From positions 5,056,001-5,120,000 of the forward strand of contig OZ245365.1 in NCBI GenBank assembly GCA_965226495.1: a DNA stretch of 64,000 nt, given 5' to 3'. This document shows positions 45,943 through 55,497 of this stretch, one piece after another. The notes beneath the pieces are model-generated. The model was not told the DNA's origin, made no database searches, and saw only the letters and a program-made list of their open reading frames with translations. Both the position numbers and the translations under genes were made by a program. The stretch's first letter is position 1. Every line of letters begins with the position of its first letter. This stretch comes from Candidatus Marinacidobacterales bacterium (lineage in GTDB: Bacteria > Acidobacteriota > Vicinamibacteria > Marinacidobacterales > DATDRI01).

Positions 45943-47967
45943 CTACTCCCTTAGTGCGGGGCCGAAGAACCCGATGACTTCCTCTCGGCGGTGGGTCAAC
46001 GGAAAAGGAGGAAGACTTGCCAAAAAACGTTGGCCGTAGCCCATTCTCAGCAAACGGCTGTCGAGAACTGCCAGCACTCCGCGATCACTGCGAGAGCGGA
46101 TCAGTCGACCCAGCCCTTGCTTGAGCCCCAGAATAGCCATCGGCACTTGATAGTCGTCGAAGCCGCTCCCCCCTCGTTCCTCCACCCAATCGATACGCGC
46201 CGACACCAATGGGTCGGCAGGCACCGCGAAAGGAAGTTTGTCGATGATCACACAAGATAGCTGCTCGCCGACCACATCGACTCCTTCCCAAAAACTGGAA
46301 GTGGCGAGGAGGACCGCGCCGGGCGTGGCTCGAAATCGATCCAAGAGCTCGCCTCGCGACGCCTCTCCTTGTACCAGGAGCGGATAGTCGATGCGATCCC
46401 GAAGCAGCCTTTCGACTCCGTGGAGGTTCGCGAAGCTCGTGAAAAGTACGAACGCCCTACCGCGGCTCGCCTTCGTCAAAGCGAGCACCTCCTCTGCCAC
46501 TCGGTCCAGAAATGCGGGGTCTCGCGGGGCCGGCATCCCGTTAGGGATGTAGAGAATGGTTTGCCGAGAGAAATCGAATGGGGAGCGTAGTACTTTTTGC
46601 TCCCGCGGCTGGCTTCCCAATCGCTCCCGCGTATAGTCGAGAGAGCCGTCGATGGACAGGGTCGCCGAAGTCATTACCACGCTCCGCTTCCGCTCGAGGA
46701 GTGATTTGCTCACCAGCTCACTGACGTTGATGGGCGAAGTTCGGAGAACCACTGATCGCTCGCGTACCTCACACCACGAAACCGATTCCGGATCCGAGCC
46801 GACCAGAATCCGTTCCAAGTCAAACAAGATATCCGCCGATCGCTTCGCGAGACCCACCGTAGTCTCATCCGGCTCGGGAATACCCTTGAGGTCGGCAGCC
46901 AAGCGCTGGACATGACCTCGAAGCGCCTCGTAGGCCCGGGATTGTCGAGGAGATTCTGAATCGCCACCGATCCGATAGCGGTCCTTCGAGAGTCGGTAAC
47001 CATCGAAGAACTCTTGCGCAACCCCGCGCATGATGCGAATGTGCTCCAAGGGTCGACGTTGGCGAGGCGAGCGGGCTTCCCAGGACGATTTTACTTCGCG
47101 CGCGAGCTCCTCGACGCGAAAGCTACTGACTGTGGCACCGAAATATTGTGTGGCTACATCTTCAACTTGATGCGCCTCGTCTAGCACTAGGAAATCGTAG
47201 TCTGGCAACACTTCGCCGTACGAGCCCTCCCGGACGATGAGATCCGCGAAAAGAAGGTGGTGGTTAACAATGATGATTTCGCTCTCCGATGCCCGCTGCC
47301 GAAGACGCGTGACGTAACATTTGTCGAAGTCACGACATTCCTTTCCTATGCAGTTCTCGCTCTTCGCGGAGAGCCGACCCCAGAACTCGACGTTTTCCGG
47401 AAATCCGGGAATCTCAGCGCGGTCGCCAGTCTTCGTCATCGGAACCCAGCGGGCCAGCGTATCGAAGTGTTCGGCTTCTTCGAACATTCGAAAGCTGGGC
47501 TGCGCCGCGAACTGATCGTAGCGACTGAGACAAAGGTAGTTGGCTCGCCCCTTCATGAGGCACGCCTTGAACGGAACCCCCAGGGCCTTCCTGAGAAGTG
47601 GCAGGTCTTTGTAGTACAGCTGCTCCTGGAGGTTTTTGGTTCCGGTGGAAATGACGACTCTTTGCCCGGAGAGCACCGCGGGGATCAAGTAGGCGAGGGT
47701 TTTTCCGGTGCCGGTCCCCGCCTCCACCATGACCTCGCCACCCTCGCGGAAAGCGTCGGCCACCGCGACGGCCATTTCTACTTGCGGCAGGCGGTGCTCG
47801 AACCCCGGGAGCTCGGCGGCTAAAGGCCCGTCGGGCCCCAGGAGTTGCTCGATCTCTTCTGGCTGGAGTCTGCTGAGACCACGAGGAGCCGACGGCACCT
47901 CGGCATCGATTTCGATGTCCTTGATATCTTTGATGTCAGGGATGTCGGGCTCTCTTCCGTTGGGCAT
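45943..47967 (-). CDS. DinG/YoaA-family Fe-S DNA helicase
   Basis: EAGTGTGKT, KGRANYLC, Cys cluster, DEAH, TSATL, SFWEGVD and QGLGRLIR motifs. Confidence 0.93.
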   Translation of the reverse strand: MPNGREPDIPDIKDIKDIEIDAEVPSAPRGLSRLQPEEIEQLLGPDGPLAAELPGFEHRLPQVEMAVAVADAFREGGEVMVEAGTGTGKTLAYLIPAVLSGQRVVISTGTKNLQEQLYYKDLPLLRKALGVPFKACLMKGRANYLCLSRYDQFAAQPSFRMFEEAEHFDTLARWVPMTKTGDRAEIPGFPENVEFWGRLSAKSENCIGKECRDFDKCYVTRLRQRASESEIIIVNHHLLFADLIVREGSYGEVLPDYDFLVLDEAHQVEDVATQYFGATVSSFRVEELAREVKSSWEARSPRQRRPLEHIRIMRGVAQEFFDGYRLSKDRYRIGGDSESPRQSRAYEALRGHVQRLAADLKGIPEPDETTVGLAKRSADILFDLERILVGSDPESVSWCEVRERSVVLRTSPINVSELVSKSLLERKRSVVMTSATLSIDGSLDYTRERLGSQPREQKVLRSPFDFSRQTILYIPNGMPAPRDPAFLDRVAEEVLALTKASRGRAFVLFTSFANLHGVERLLRDRIDYPLLVQGEASRGELLDRFRATPGAVLLATSSFWEGVDVVGEQLSCVIIDKLPFAVPADPLVSARIDWVEERGGSGFDDYQVPMAILGLKQGLGRLIRSRSDRGVLAVLDSRLLRMGYGQRFLASLPPFPLTHRREEVIGFFGPALRE

Positions 47968-47968
47968 T

Positions 47969-49264
47969 CTAGGTCGCGGCCTGACTGGCTCGCGTTAGGC
48001 TCTCGCTATGCCGGCGCGGGTAGAGTGGAAAGCCCGCGGTCAGGTCCTTGACTTTTTGGGCGATACCCTCGAGAACAGACTCATTCTCCCGCTCTCGGAT
48101 AGCCTCGGCGATCCATTTTCCGATGACCTTCATTTCTTCGTCCTTCATCCCCCGAGTCGTAATGGCAGGAGTTCCGATCCGAACGCCACTCGCTACCATT
48201 GGAGGTCGGGTGTCGAAGGGAATCGCGTTTTTGTTGACAGTCATTTCCGCCTTGCCGAGAGCTTCCTCCGCTTCCTTTCCGGTGACGCCCATGGCGCCGA
48301 CGTCCAACAAGATTAGGTGATTGTCCGTACCACCAGACACTAGACGGAAGCCCTCACCGAGCAAAGTCTCCGCTAGGACGCGGGCGTTGTCGACGACCTG
48401 CCGTGCATAGGATTTGAACGCCGGACTCATGGCTTCTTTGAAACAGATGGCCTTGCCGGCTACGACGTGCTCCAAGGGACCGCCTTGAATACCCGGGAAC
48501 ATTATCCGGTTCAGATCCTTCGCAAACTTCTCCTTCGAGAGGACGAAGCCCGAGCGGGGACCGCGGAGCGTCTTATGGGTTGTCGAAGTGACGAAGTCGG
48601 AATGCTCGACCGGGCTCGGATGCGCCCCACCGGCAACGAGACCGCTGATGTGGGCCATGTCCGTCACCATCACCGCCCCGACCTCGTCGGCTATGTTACG
48701 AATCCGCTCGAAGTCGATGAACCGCGGATAGGCGCTGGCACCGACCATGATCATCTTCGGGTTGTTGTCTCTTGCCAAACGCTCCATTTCTTCGTAGTCG
48801 AGCGTTTCGTCTTCCTGGCGCACGCCGTAGGGCACCACCTTGTAGAACCGACCGGAGAAATTGAGCGGATGGCCATGCGACAGGTGACCTCCATGGGCGA
48901 GGTTCATCCCCATGAACGTGTCGCCCGTGTCGAGAACCGCGAGATAAACCGCCATATTGGCCTGAGTCCCGCTGTGCGGTTGCACGTTGGCATGCTCGGC
49001 GCCGAAGAGCTCTTTCGCGCGCTCGATGGCCAACCGCTCCACGACGTCTACGAACTCGCAACCTCCGTAATAACGACGGCCGGGATACCCCTCTGCATAC
49101 TTGTTGGTGAGTACCGAACCAGTGGCTTCCAAAATCGCTTCGCTCGTGAAGTTCTCGGAAGCAATGAGCTCCAGTCCTTCCGTCTGCCGACCTATCTCTT
49201 GATCGATAGCCTGGGCGACCTCTGGATCCACTTCGAAGAGCGGGCGTTCTATCTCAAGACTCAT
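47969..49264 (-). CDS. glyA: Serine hydroxymethyltransferase
   Basis: [34 protein letters not shown] and FPGIQGGP motifs. Confidence 0.98.
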   Translation of the reverse strand: MSLEIERPLFEVDPEVAQAIDQEIGRQTEGLELIASENFTSEAILEATGSVLTNKYAEGYPGRRYYGGCEFVDVVERLAIERAKELFGAEHANVQPHSGTQANMAVYLAVLDTGDTFMGMNLAHGGHLSHGHPLNFSGRFYKVVPYGVRQEDETLDYEEMERLARDNNPKMIMVGASAYPRFIDFERIRNIADEVGAVMVTDMAHISGLVAGGAHPSPVEHSDFVTSTTHKTLRGPRSGFVLSKEKFAKDLNRIMFPGIQGGPLEHVVAGKAICFKEAMSPAFKSYARQVVDNARVLAETLLGEGFRLVSGGTDNHLILLDVGAMGVTGKEAEEALGKAEMTVNKNAIPFDTRPPMVASGVRIGTPAITTRGMKDEEMKVIGKWIAEAIRERENESVLEGIAQKVKDLTAGFPLYPRRHSESLTRASQAAT

Positions 49265-49356
49265 GACGGCTCCTCTGGAAGAACGTGATGGCTTTGGATT
49301 TCTGCTCGCCTCATCCTATAATACGCGGCCTGTTCCAGCAAAAGCACTAACCTTCC

Positions 49357-50529
49357 GTGGAAAACACAGTGACGCGGGTCCAAGTCAGTAAGCGAGGGCG
49401 AGCGCGGATTCTCGCGGGTCATCTCTGGATCTTTCAGTCCGATGTGCAAAAACTAGAGGGAGCCGCTTCCGGGGACGTGGTCGAAGTGAGGGGGCCGCGA
49501 GAGGACTTTCTGGGTCGAGCCTTCTTCAGCGAGTCATCGCAGATCGCCCTTCGAATCATCACCACCCAGCAGGAACCGGTCGACGAAGACTTTTGGAAGC
49601 GAAGACTCGCGGCGGCCTTGGCTTTGCGGCGCGGACTCGCACCGTCCACCACTGCTTACCGATGGGTACATGGTGAAGCCGATGGGATTCCTTCGCTCGT
49701 GGTCGACCGATATGGCGAGACTCTGGCCGTCCAAACTCTATCGGCGGGAACGGATCGACTGAAGTCAACCTTCGTCCGGCTTTGGATCGAGCTGGTGCAA
49801 CCGTCCGGCATCATCGAGAGGAACGACCAGAAGGTGCGGGCGCTCGAGGGACTCCCGCTCGCGAAGGGGACGCTTTACGGAGAAGTTCCCTCTGAAATCG
49901 TGGTCCAGGAAGAGGGGATTCGCCTGCGCGCCAACCTCTGGGAAGGCCAGAAAACCGGCCTCTTTCTCGACCATCGGGAGAACCGACAGGCGGCGGCTCG
50001 GTGGGCCAAAGGCCTGGCCCTCGACCTCTTCGCATACGACGGTGGATTCTCGCTTCACCTAGCCCGTGTCTGCGAACGGGTGACGGCGGTCGATGCCTCC
50101 ACCGAAGCGTTGGCGCGCCTCCGGGCGAACGCGGCAATGAATGAGCTCGACAATATCCAAACACGGGAGGGGAACGTCTTCGACCTCCTCCGCGAATTGC
50201 AGTCCGACGGACAAACCTTCGACACGATCGTGCTCGACCCCCCGGCATTTGCCAAGAACCGCGCCGCCGTGGCCAAAGCGAGACGAGGGTACAAAGACAT
50301 TAACTTACGTGCTATGAAGCTCTTACGGCCTGGTGGACACCTCATCACCTCAACGTGCTCGTACCACATATCAGAAATCGATTTCCTGAATATTCTCACT
50401 GATGCTGCCGCCGATGTGCGTGCGCACTTGGTCTTGGTCGAGAAAAGAACACAATCCCGCGACCATCCCATCCTTCTCTCCATGCCGGAGACCTACTACC
50501 TGAAGTGCGTGATCTTGCGTAAATTGTAG
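49357..50529 (+). CDS. rlmI: RlmI-like SAM-dependent rRNA methyltransferase (PUA domain)
   Basis: GHLWIF, GEADG, GQKTGLFLDHR, LDPPAF, TCS and DHP...YLK motifs. Confidence 0.88.
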   Translation: MENTVTRVQVSKRGRARILAGHLWIFQSDVQKLEGAASGDVVEVRGPREDFLGRAFFSESSQIALRIITTQQEPVDEDFWKRRLAAALALRRGLAPSTTAYRWVHGEADGIPSLVVDRYGETLAVQTLSAGTDRLKSTFVRLWIELVQPSGIIERNDQKVRALEGLPLAKGTLYGEVPSEIVVQEEGIRLRANLWEGQKTGLFLDHRENRQAAARWAKGLALDLFAYDGGFSLHLARVCERVTAVDASTEALARLRANAAMNELDNIQTREGNVFDLLRELQSDGQTFDTIVLDPPAFAKNRAAVAKARRGYKDINLRAMKLLRPGGHLITSTCSYHISEIDFLNILTDAAADVRAHLVLVEKRTQSRDHPILLSMPETYYLKCVILRKL

Positions 50530-50576
50530 GTTACAATATCCTTGTTTCTCCAAGTCAATTCTAGGAGCTGTTTCTC

Positions 50577-51449
50577 TTGACCGAGGACCGCGATAACGAC
50601 CGCGCGCAGGGACCTCCCGAGGCGCCGGAGTCAATTCCATCTCAGCCGGCTCAGCCGGCTGAGCCACGTGAGCCCGCTGAGCCCGCTGAGGCTGTCGAGT
50701 CGATCGAGCTCATCGAGGAGCCTGCTGAGCCCGTCGCGCCTGCCTATAACGAAGAACCTGGTCATATCGAGGGGCTCGCTCCTCTAGAGCCTGCAGTACC
50801 TGCTAAGCCTGCCGTGCCGGCAGATACTGACCGACCGATTCGGGTTCAACCGCCAGCCATGGCGCCTGCGGCGGACCTCCAGAAGAAGGTGGAGGAAAAG
50901 GACGCTCAGATCGCCCAGGTGATGAATGCGTACCGGGGCCTCAAGAAAGATACCGAGAAGCTTCGCGAAAGAGCCGTCAAAGCCGAAAAGCGTCGGTTCG
51001 AGCTGTCGAAGAACGATTTCATCGGTCGCTTCGTGGAGGTTCTGGACAACCTGGATCGAGCGATCGACTCCATTGAGAACAACTTCGACTCAGACGCGGT
51101 CCTCGAAGGCATCATTTTGGTTCGCTCGCGCCTAGTGCAGCTTCTCCGCGAAGAAGGCTTAGAGAAGATCTTTGTGGGTGGCCAACCCTTCGACCCAACG
51201 CACAGCGAGGCGGCCGGTATTGAGCCGGTCGAGGACGATTCTCAGGACAACGTCGTGCTCAAGGAGCTGCAACGCGGATATATGCTGAAGGGAGCCTTGC
51301 TGCGTCCCGCCCGTGTTGTGGTGGGTCGCTTCTCGCACACCGATGCTAACTCGTCATCACCTGCGGAATCGACGGCAGAGGCACCAGAAGCGACGTCATC
51401 CGAGCCCGCGCCTCCCGAACCGCCACCCGACCCAGAAGAAAAAAACTAG
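50577..51449 (+). CDS. grpE: Nucleotide exchange factor GrpE with Pro/Glu/Ala-rich extensions
   Basis: EVLDNLDRA, GQPFDPTHSEA and QRGYML...LLRPARVVV motifs. Confidence 0.85.
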   Translation: MTEDRDNDRAQGPPEAPESIPSQPAQPAEPREPAEPAEAVESIELIEEPAEPVAPAYNEEPGHIEGLAPLEPAVPAKPAVPADTDRPIRVQPPAMAPAADLQKKVEEKDAQIAQVMNAYRGLKKDTEKLRERAVKAEKRRFELSKNDFIGRFVEVLDNLDRAIDSIENNFDSDAVLEGIILVRSRLVQLLREEGLEKIFVGGQPFDPTHSEAAGIEPVEDDSQDNVVLKELQRGYMLKGALLRPARVVVGRFSHTDANSSSPAESTAEAPEATSSEPAPPEPPPDPEEKN

Positions 51450-52396
51450 CCAAGATTTTCCCGCCAGTGGCCCAGTAAGTCTGCCAGCGTCTGCTTCAAC
51501 TCGGTTTCCGGCTGCCATCCCACTTCCGAACGTAGCTTGGTGTTGTCGCCAAGGACAAGCGGAGCATCGGCCGCATGAAAACGAGCCGCGTCCACCTCCA
51601 CGGTTACTTTCGTGCCCGCTAGGTCGCGAAGCGTCGCGAGAATCTCATCCATCGAGAACGCTTCTCCGCGGCAGATGTTGTAGGGGGTAGCCGGCTGCCC
51701 TTGTTCCAAGACTCCTCGGTAACCTCGAACCACATCACGAACATCGCTGAAGTCTCGGCGGGCGGACAAGTTTCCGACTCGAATCGTGGGCTCCCGACGC
51801 CCAACTTCTATCTCCGCCACCTGGCGGGCGAAGCTCGAGCAGACATAGGAGGATTCCTGGCCTGGACCGGTATGGTTGAACGAGCGCACCAAGAAAACGG
51901 GAAGCTCCTCTGCGAGAAAGAACCGCAGGCCCAGGACCTCTTGAGCCGTTTTGCTCACACCGTACGGCGTGAGCGGACGTTGGGGTTGATCCTCCCCGAT
52001 GGGTTGCTCTCCCTCAGGAACCAGCCCGTACTGCTGCGCCGACCCCACCAGCAACACCCGGGGGCGCATGCCGGTTTCCAGTGCCGCCTGGAGCACATTG
52101 TGGCTGCCGATGATGTTCGTCTCGAGGGCTCGGCGCGCGTTGGCCCAAGAGCCTTCGGGGTTGGAAAAAGCCGCTAAATGATAGATCGCCTCGGGCTTGA
52201 AGTCGGAAACGATCCGAGCCAAAGATGTCGTGTCCAGGATATCTGCCTCGTGAACTTCGACCTCCGGTGGACAATCCTTTCCCGATTTGCGGTCGCCCGG
52301 TTGACGTATACCGACCACCTTGTCGTCCCGATCGAGTAAGTGGCGAGCGAGGTGGCCGCCGGCGAAACCAGCCACCCCCGTAACGAGGGCTTTCAT
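51446..52396 (-). CDS. Extended SDR nucleotide-sugar enzyme (GMD/RMD-like)
   Basis: GVAGFAG, HLAA, PYGVSK, FNHTGPGQ and GNLSARRDFSDVRD motifs. Confidence 0.85.
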   Translation of the reverse strand: MKALVTGVAGFAGGHLARHLLDRDDKVVGIRQPGDRKSGKDCPPEVEVHEADILDTTSLARIVSDFKPEAIYHLAAFSNPEGSWANARRALETNIIGSHNVLQAALETGMRPRVLLVGSAQQYGLVPEGEQPIGEDQPQRPLTPYGVSKTAQEVLGLRFFLAEELPVFLVRSFNHTGPGQESSYVCSSFARQVAEIEVGRREPTIRVGNLSARRDFSDVRDVVRGYRGVLEQGQPATPYNICRGEAFSMDEILATLRDLAGTKVTVEVDAARFHAADAPLVLGDNTKLRSEVGWQPETELKQTLADLLGHWRENLG

Positions 52397-52399
52397 CTT

Positions 52400-53359
52400 C
52401 TATCGGAGGGTTGCTCGCCAATACTCCAGCATATCGGCCAGGGTCTTCTCGTAGGGTATCTCTGGCACCCATCCGGTGGCTTTCTTGAACTTGGAGTAAT
52501 CCCCCAGCAAGACCGGCACATCGGATGGGCGGAGTCGCTCCGGGTCGGTTTCCACTTTCACCTTCACCCCGGATTGTTCGACGAGTCGGTCTAACACCTC
52601 TTGGATGGAATAGGCTTTTCCGCTACAGAGGTTGTAGACCTCCCCCGCCTCGCAGCGCTCGGTCGCGAGCCAATAGCCACGAACGATGTCCCGCACGTCG
52701 GTAAAGTCTCTACGCGCTTCTAGATTCCCGACATGAAGCACCGGGGGCTTTTTTCCCTTTTCCACTTCGATTAGCTGCTTCGCAAAGTTCGAAGAAACGA
52801 ACACCTCTCCTCTTCGCGGACCGTCATGGTTGAAACCCCGAGTCCGCACCACCTTCAAGCCAAAGCTCATGTGGTACTGGTATCCCAAGTAGTCCTGCGC
52901 GATCTTACTCACCGCGTAGGGCGATAGAGGGCGAAGCGGATTCGTCTCCGTAATGGGAAGCTCGTCCTCATGGACCAATCCATACTCCTCACTGGAACAG
53001 GCAATTTGAATCCAGGGCTCGATTTCTAGTTCTCGTATCGCCTCGAAGATGTTCAGCTGACCCAAGACGTTCGTGGTGAGCGACTCCGCGGGGGCGTTCC
53101 ATGAGGCCGGCACGTAGCTTTGCGCAGCTAAATGGAAGATCTTGTCGGGACGTACGCGACCGAGTAGCGCCTTCACCGAAGTGGCGTCACGAAGATCGCA
53201 TTCGATCAGTTGGATGCGTTCCTGGATGTCCTGGATGTTCTCGGTACGACTCCTCCATCTCATAATCCCGTAGACTTCGGTGTCCGGATGATGGGCGAGG
53301 ATGTACTCAGCCAGATGACTTCCGGCGAATCCAGTGATACCGGTTATGAGAGCTCGCAA
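52400..53359 (-). CDS. Extended SDR nucleotide-sugar enzyme (GDP-mannose 4,6-dehydratase / RMD-like)
   Basis: GITGFAG, HLAAQSYV, SSEEYG, SPYAVSK and FNHDGPRRG motifs. Confidence 0.87.
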   Translation of the reverse strand: MRALITGITGFAGSHLAEYILAHHPDTEVYGIMRWRSRTENIQDIQERIQLIECDLRDATSVKALLGRVRPDKIFHLAAQSYVPASWNAPAESLTTNVLGQLNIFEAIRELEIEPWIQIACSSEEYGLVHEDELPITETNPLRPLSPYAVSKIAQDYLGYQYHMSFGLKVVRTRGFNHDGPRRGEVFVSSNFAKQLIEVEKGKKPPVLHVGNLEARRDFTDVRDIVRGYWLATERCEAGEVYNLCSGKAYSIQEVLDRLVEQSGVKVKVETDPERLRPSDVPVLLGDYSKFKKATGWVPEIPYEKTLADMLEYWRATLR

Positions 53360-53419
53360 AGTTCCTCCTATGATCCGTTACTTGAGCTATTAGGGAGAAC
53401 AAGTATCTAGGGCGCGGCT

Positions 53420-54436
53420 TTACTTTCGGCCCTCACCGTAGTGTTTTTCGTAGAACTGCCGGTATTCCTGACTTCCGGACTTAATGTCCTTCCACCACGC
53501 CTCGTGCGACCGGTACCACTCTACCGTGGAGGCCAGCCCCTCGTCGAAGTCGACACCCGGCCTCCAGCCCAGTCCGCGAAGCCGGGTCGTATCTAGGCTA
53601 TAGCGACGGTCGTGCCCCGGCCGGTCGGCCACCTTTTTGATCAGGCTCTTGGGCTTCCCCACTAATGCCAAGATTCGCTCGGTAAGCTCGAGGTTACCGA
53701 GCTCGGTTCCGCCCCCGATATTGTAAGTCGTGCCCGGTTGCCCTTTCTCGATAACGAGATCCAAAGCGCGACAATGATCGTCCACGTGGAGCCAGTCGCG
53801 AACCTGAAGCCCATCACCATAAAGCGGCAGCGATTCGTCCTCCAAAGAGTTAGTGATGAACAACGGGATGACTTTCTCTGGATATTGGCGGGGACCATAG
53901 TTGTTCGACGCCCTGGTGACGATCACCGGCAGCCCGTACGTCGTGAAGTAGGAGTAGGCCAAGCGATCCGCTCCCGCCTTGCTCGCGGAATAAGGATTGC
54001 GTGGAGCCAGTGGATCCTCCTCGCGGGCAGATCCAGAGCTTATGCTTCCATACACCTCGTCGGTCGAGATCTGGACGAAAAGCTGCGATCTAGACTCTAG
54101 GCGAACTGCTTCCAAGAGAACGAAAGTGCCATAGACATCAGTGAGAATGAACTGACCCGCGTCATGTATGGATCGATCGACATGGGTCTCCGCAGCAAAG
54201 TTGACGATAATGTCCGCCTCGGCAACCAGTGGCTCTACCGCCGCGCGATCGCATATATCTCCCTGGACGAAACGATAACCCGCATGTGTCTCCAAACCCT
54301 CCAAGTTCGCAAGGTTCCCGGCGTATGTAAGCTTATCTAGGTTTGTAATGTGCCAATCCGGGTGGGCGCGGGTCAGATAGTGAATGAAATTACTACCGAT
54401 GAACCCCGCTCCACCCGTCACGAGGGTGTGGGTCAC
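53420..54436 (-). CDS. rfbB: dTDP-glucose 4,6-dehydratase
   Basis: GGAGFIG, DKLTYAGN, AAETHVDRSI, STDEVYG, YSASKA and DRPGHDRRY motifs. Confidence 0.96.
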   Translation of the reverse strand: MTHTLVTGGAGFIGSNFIHYLTRAHPDWHITNLDKLTYAGNLANLEGLETHAGYRFVQGDICDRAAVEPLVAEADIIVNFAAETHVDRSIHDAGQFILTDVYGTFVLLEAVRLESRSQLFVQISTDEVYGSISSGSAREEDPLAPRNPYSASKAGADRLAYSYFTTYGLPVIVTRASNNYGPRQYPEKVIPLFITNSLEDESLPLYGDGLQVRDWLHVDDHCRALDLVIEKGQPGTTYNIGGGTELGNLELTERILALVGKPKSLIKKVADRPGHDRRYSLDTTRLRGLGWRPGVDFDEGLASTVEWYRSHEAWWKDIKSGSQEYRQFYEKHYGEGRK

Positions 54437-55497
54437 GTAACGTCCACCTGGCTGTTGTCTCCCAGCATGAAACGATGGGCCTTAGGAGTTGATTGGGAGC
54501 GCTCTATGCGAACGTTGTAACCGACCAGGCTGTCTTCCATACGGCTACCCAGCTCGAGGATGACACTGTCCGAGAGGACAATGCTGTGCTCGACTTCACT
54601 CGCTCTAACGTGAACGTTGTTCTGAATCGAGGTAAAGGGCCCGATGTAGGAGCGCTCGATTCGTGATCCCGATCCAATGATGGCGGGCCCGCGCACGACA
54701 CTGCCAACGATCTCCGCGCCTTCATCGATCACGACCTTGCCTTCGATCCGAGAGTCACTATCCACTCGGCCGGCCACGTTTGGTTTCAGGCTGTCTAGTA
54801 CCAAACGATTCGCTTCCAAGATGTCATCGCGCTTGCCGGTGTCCTTCCACCAACCGTCGACCACATGGGGACTCACCTCGTGGCCATGGTCGATCAAGTA
54901 CTGGATGGCATCGGTGATCTCCAGCTCGTTCCGCAAGGACGGGCTAATGGCACGTGCCGCCTCGAAGATAGCAGCGCTGAACATGTACACACCCACCAGG
55001 GCGAGATCGCTCTGAGGGTTCTTGGGCTTTTCTTGTAGACGCGATACTCGGCCATCTTTGAGCTCCGCGACTCCGAACTGCTCGGGGTGCGGGACATGCG
55101 CCAACAAGATCTGGGCGGTTGGTTGTTTCTCGCGGAACTCCCCGACCAAACTCTCGATACCGTTGGCGAGAATATTATCGCCCAGATACATCACAAACGG
55201 TTCCTTGGCTAGAAACTCCTCTGCGGTAAGCACTGCATGGGCTAGCCCTAGCGGAGCTTCCTGAGGAATCAGGCGGATCTTCACTCCCCAACGAGAACCG
55301 TCTCCGACAGCCTCCTTAATCTCATTCGCGGTTTCCCCGACGATGATCCCGATCTCTACGATTCCCGCTGCGCGGATCGCCTCAATTCCGTAAAAAAGGA
55401 TGGGTTTGTTCGCCACCGGCATGAGCTGCTTGGCCCGAGTGTGCGTGAGCGGTCGGAGCCGGGTCCCGGTCCCGCCACTCAGAATGAGGCCTTTCAT
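54433..55497 (-). CDS. rfbA: Glucose-1-phosphate thymidylyltransferase, long form with left-handed beta-helix tail
   Basis: LSGGTGTRLRPLT, KQL.PVANKP, YLGDN, EKP, ELEITDA and WWKDTG motifs. Confidence 0.93.
   Translation of the reverse strand: MKGLILSGGTGTRLRPLTHTRAKQLMPVANKPILFYGIEAIRAAGIVEIGIIVGETANEIKEAVGDGSRWGVKIRLIPQEAPLGLAHAVLTAEEFLAKEPFVMYLGDNILANGIESLVGEFREKQPTAQILLAHVPHPEQFGVAELKDGRVSRLQEKPKNPQSDLALVGVYMFSAAIFEAARAISPSLRNELEITDAIQYLIDHGHEVSPHVVDGWWKDTGKRDDILEANRLVLDSLKPNVAGRVDSDSRIEGKVVIDEGAEIVGSVVRGPAIIGSGSRIERSYIGPFTSIQNNVHVRASEVEHSIVLSDSVILELGSRMEDSLVGYNVRIERSQSTPKAHRFMLGDNSQVDVT

Noticed and set aside
49265-49356. Riboswitch (ZTP, THF or glycine) upstream of glyA
   Set aside because: The interval is only about 90 nt, is shared with a divergent promoter, and shows no recognisable aptamer motifs
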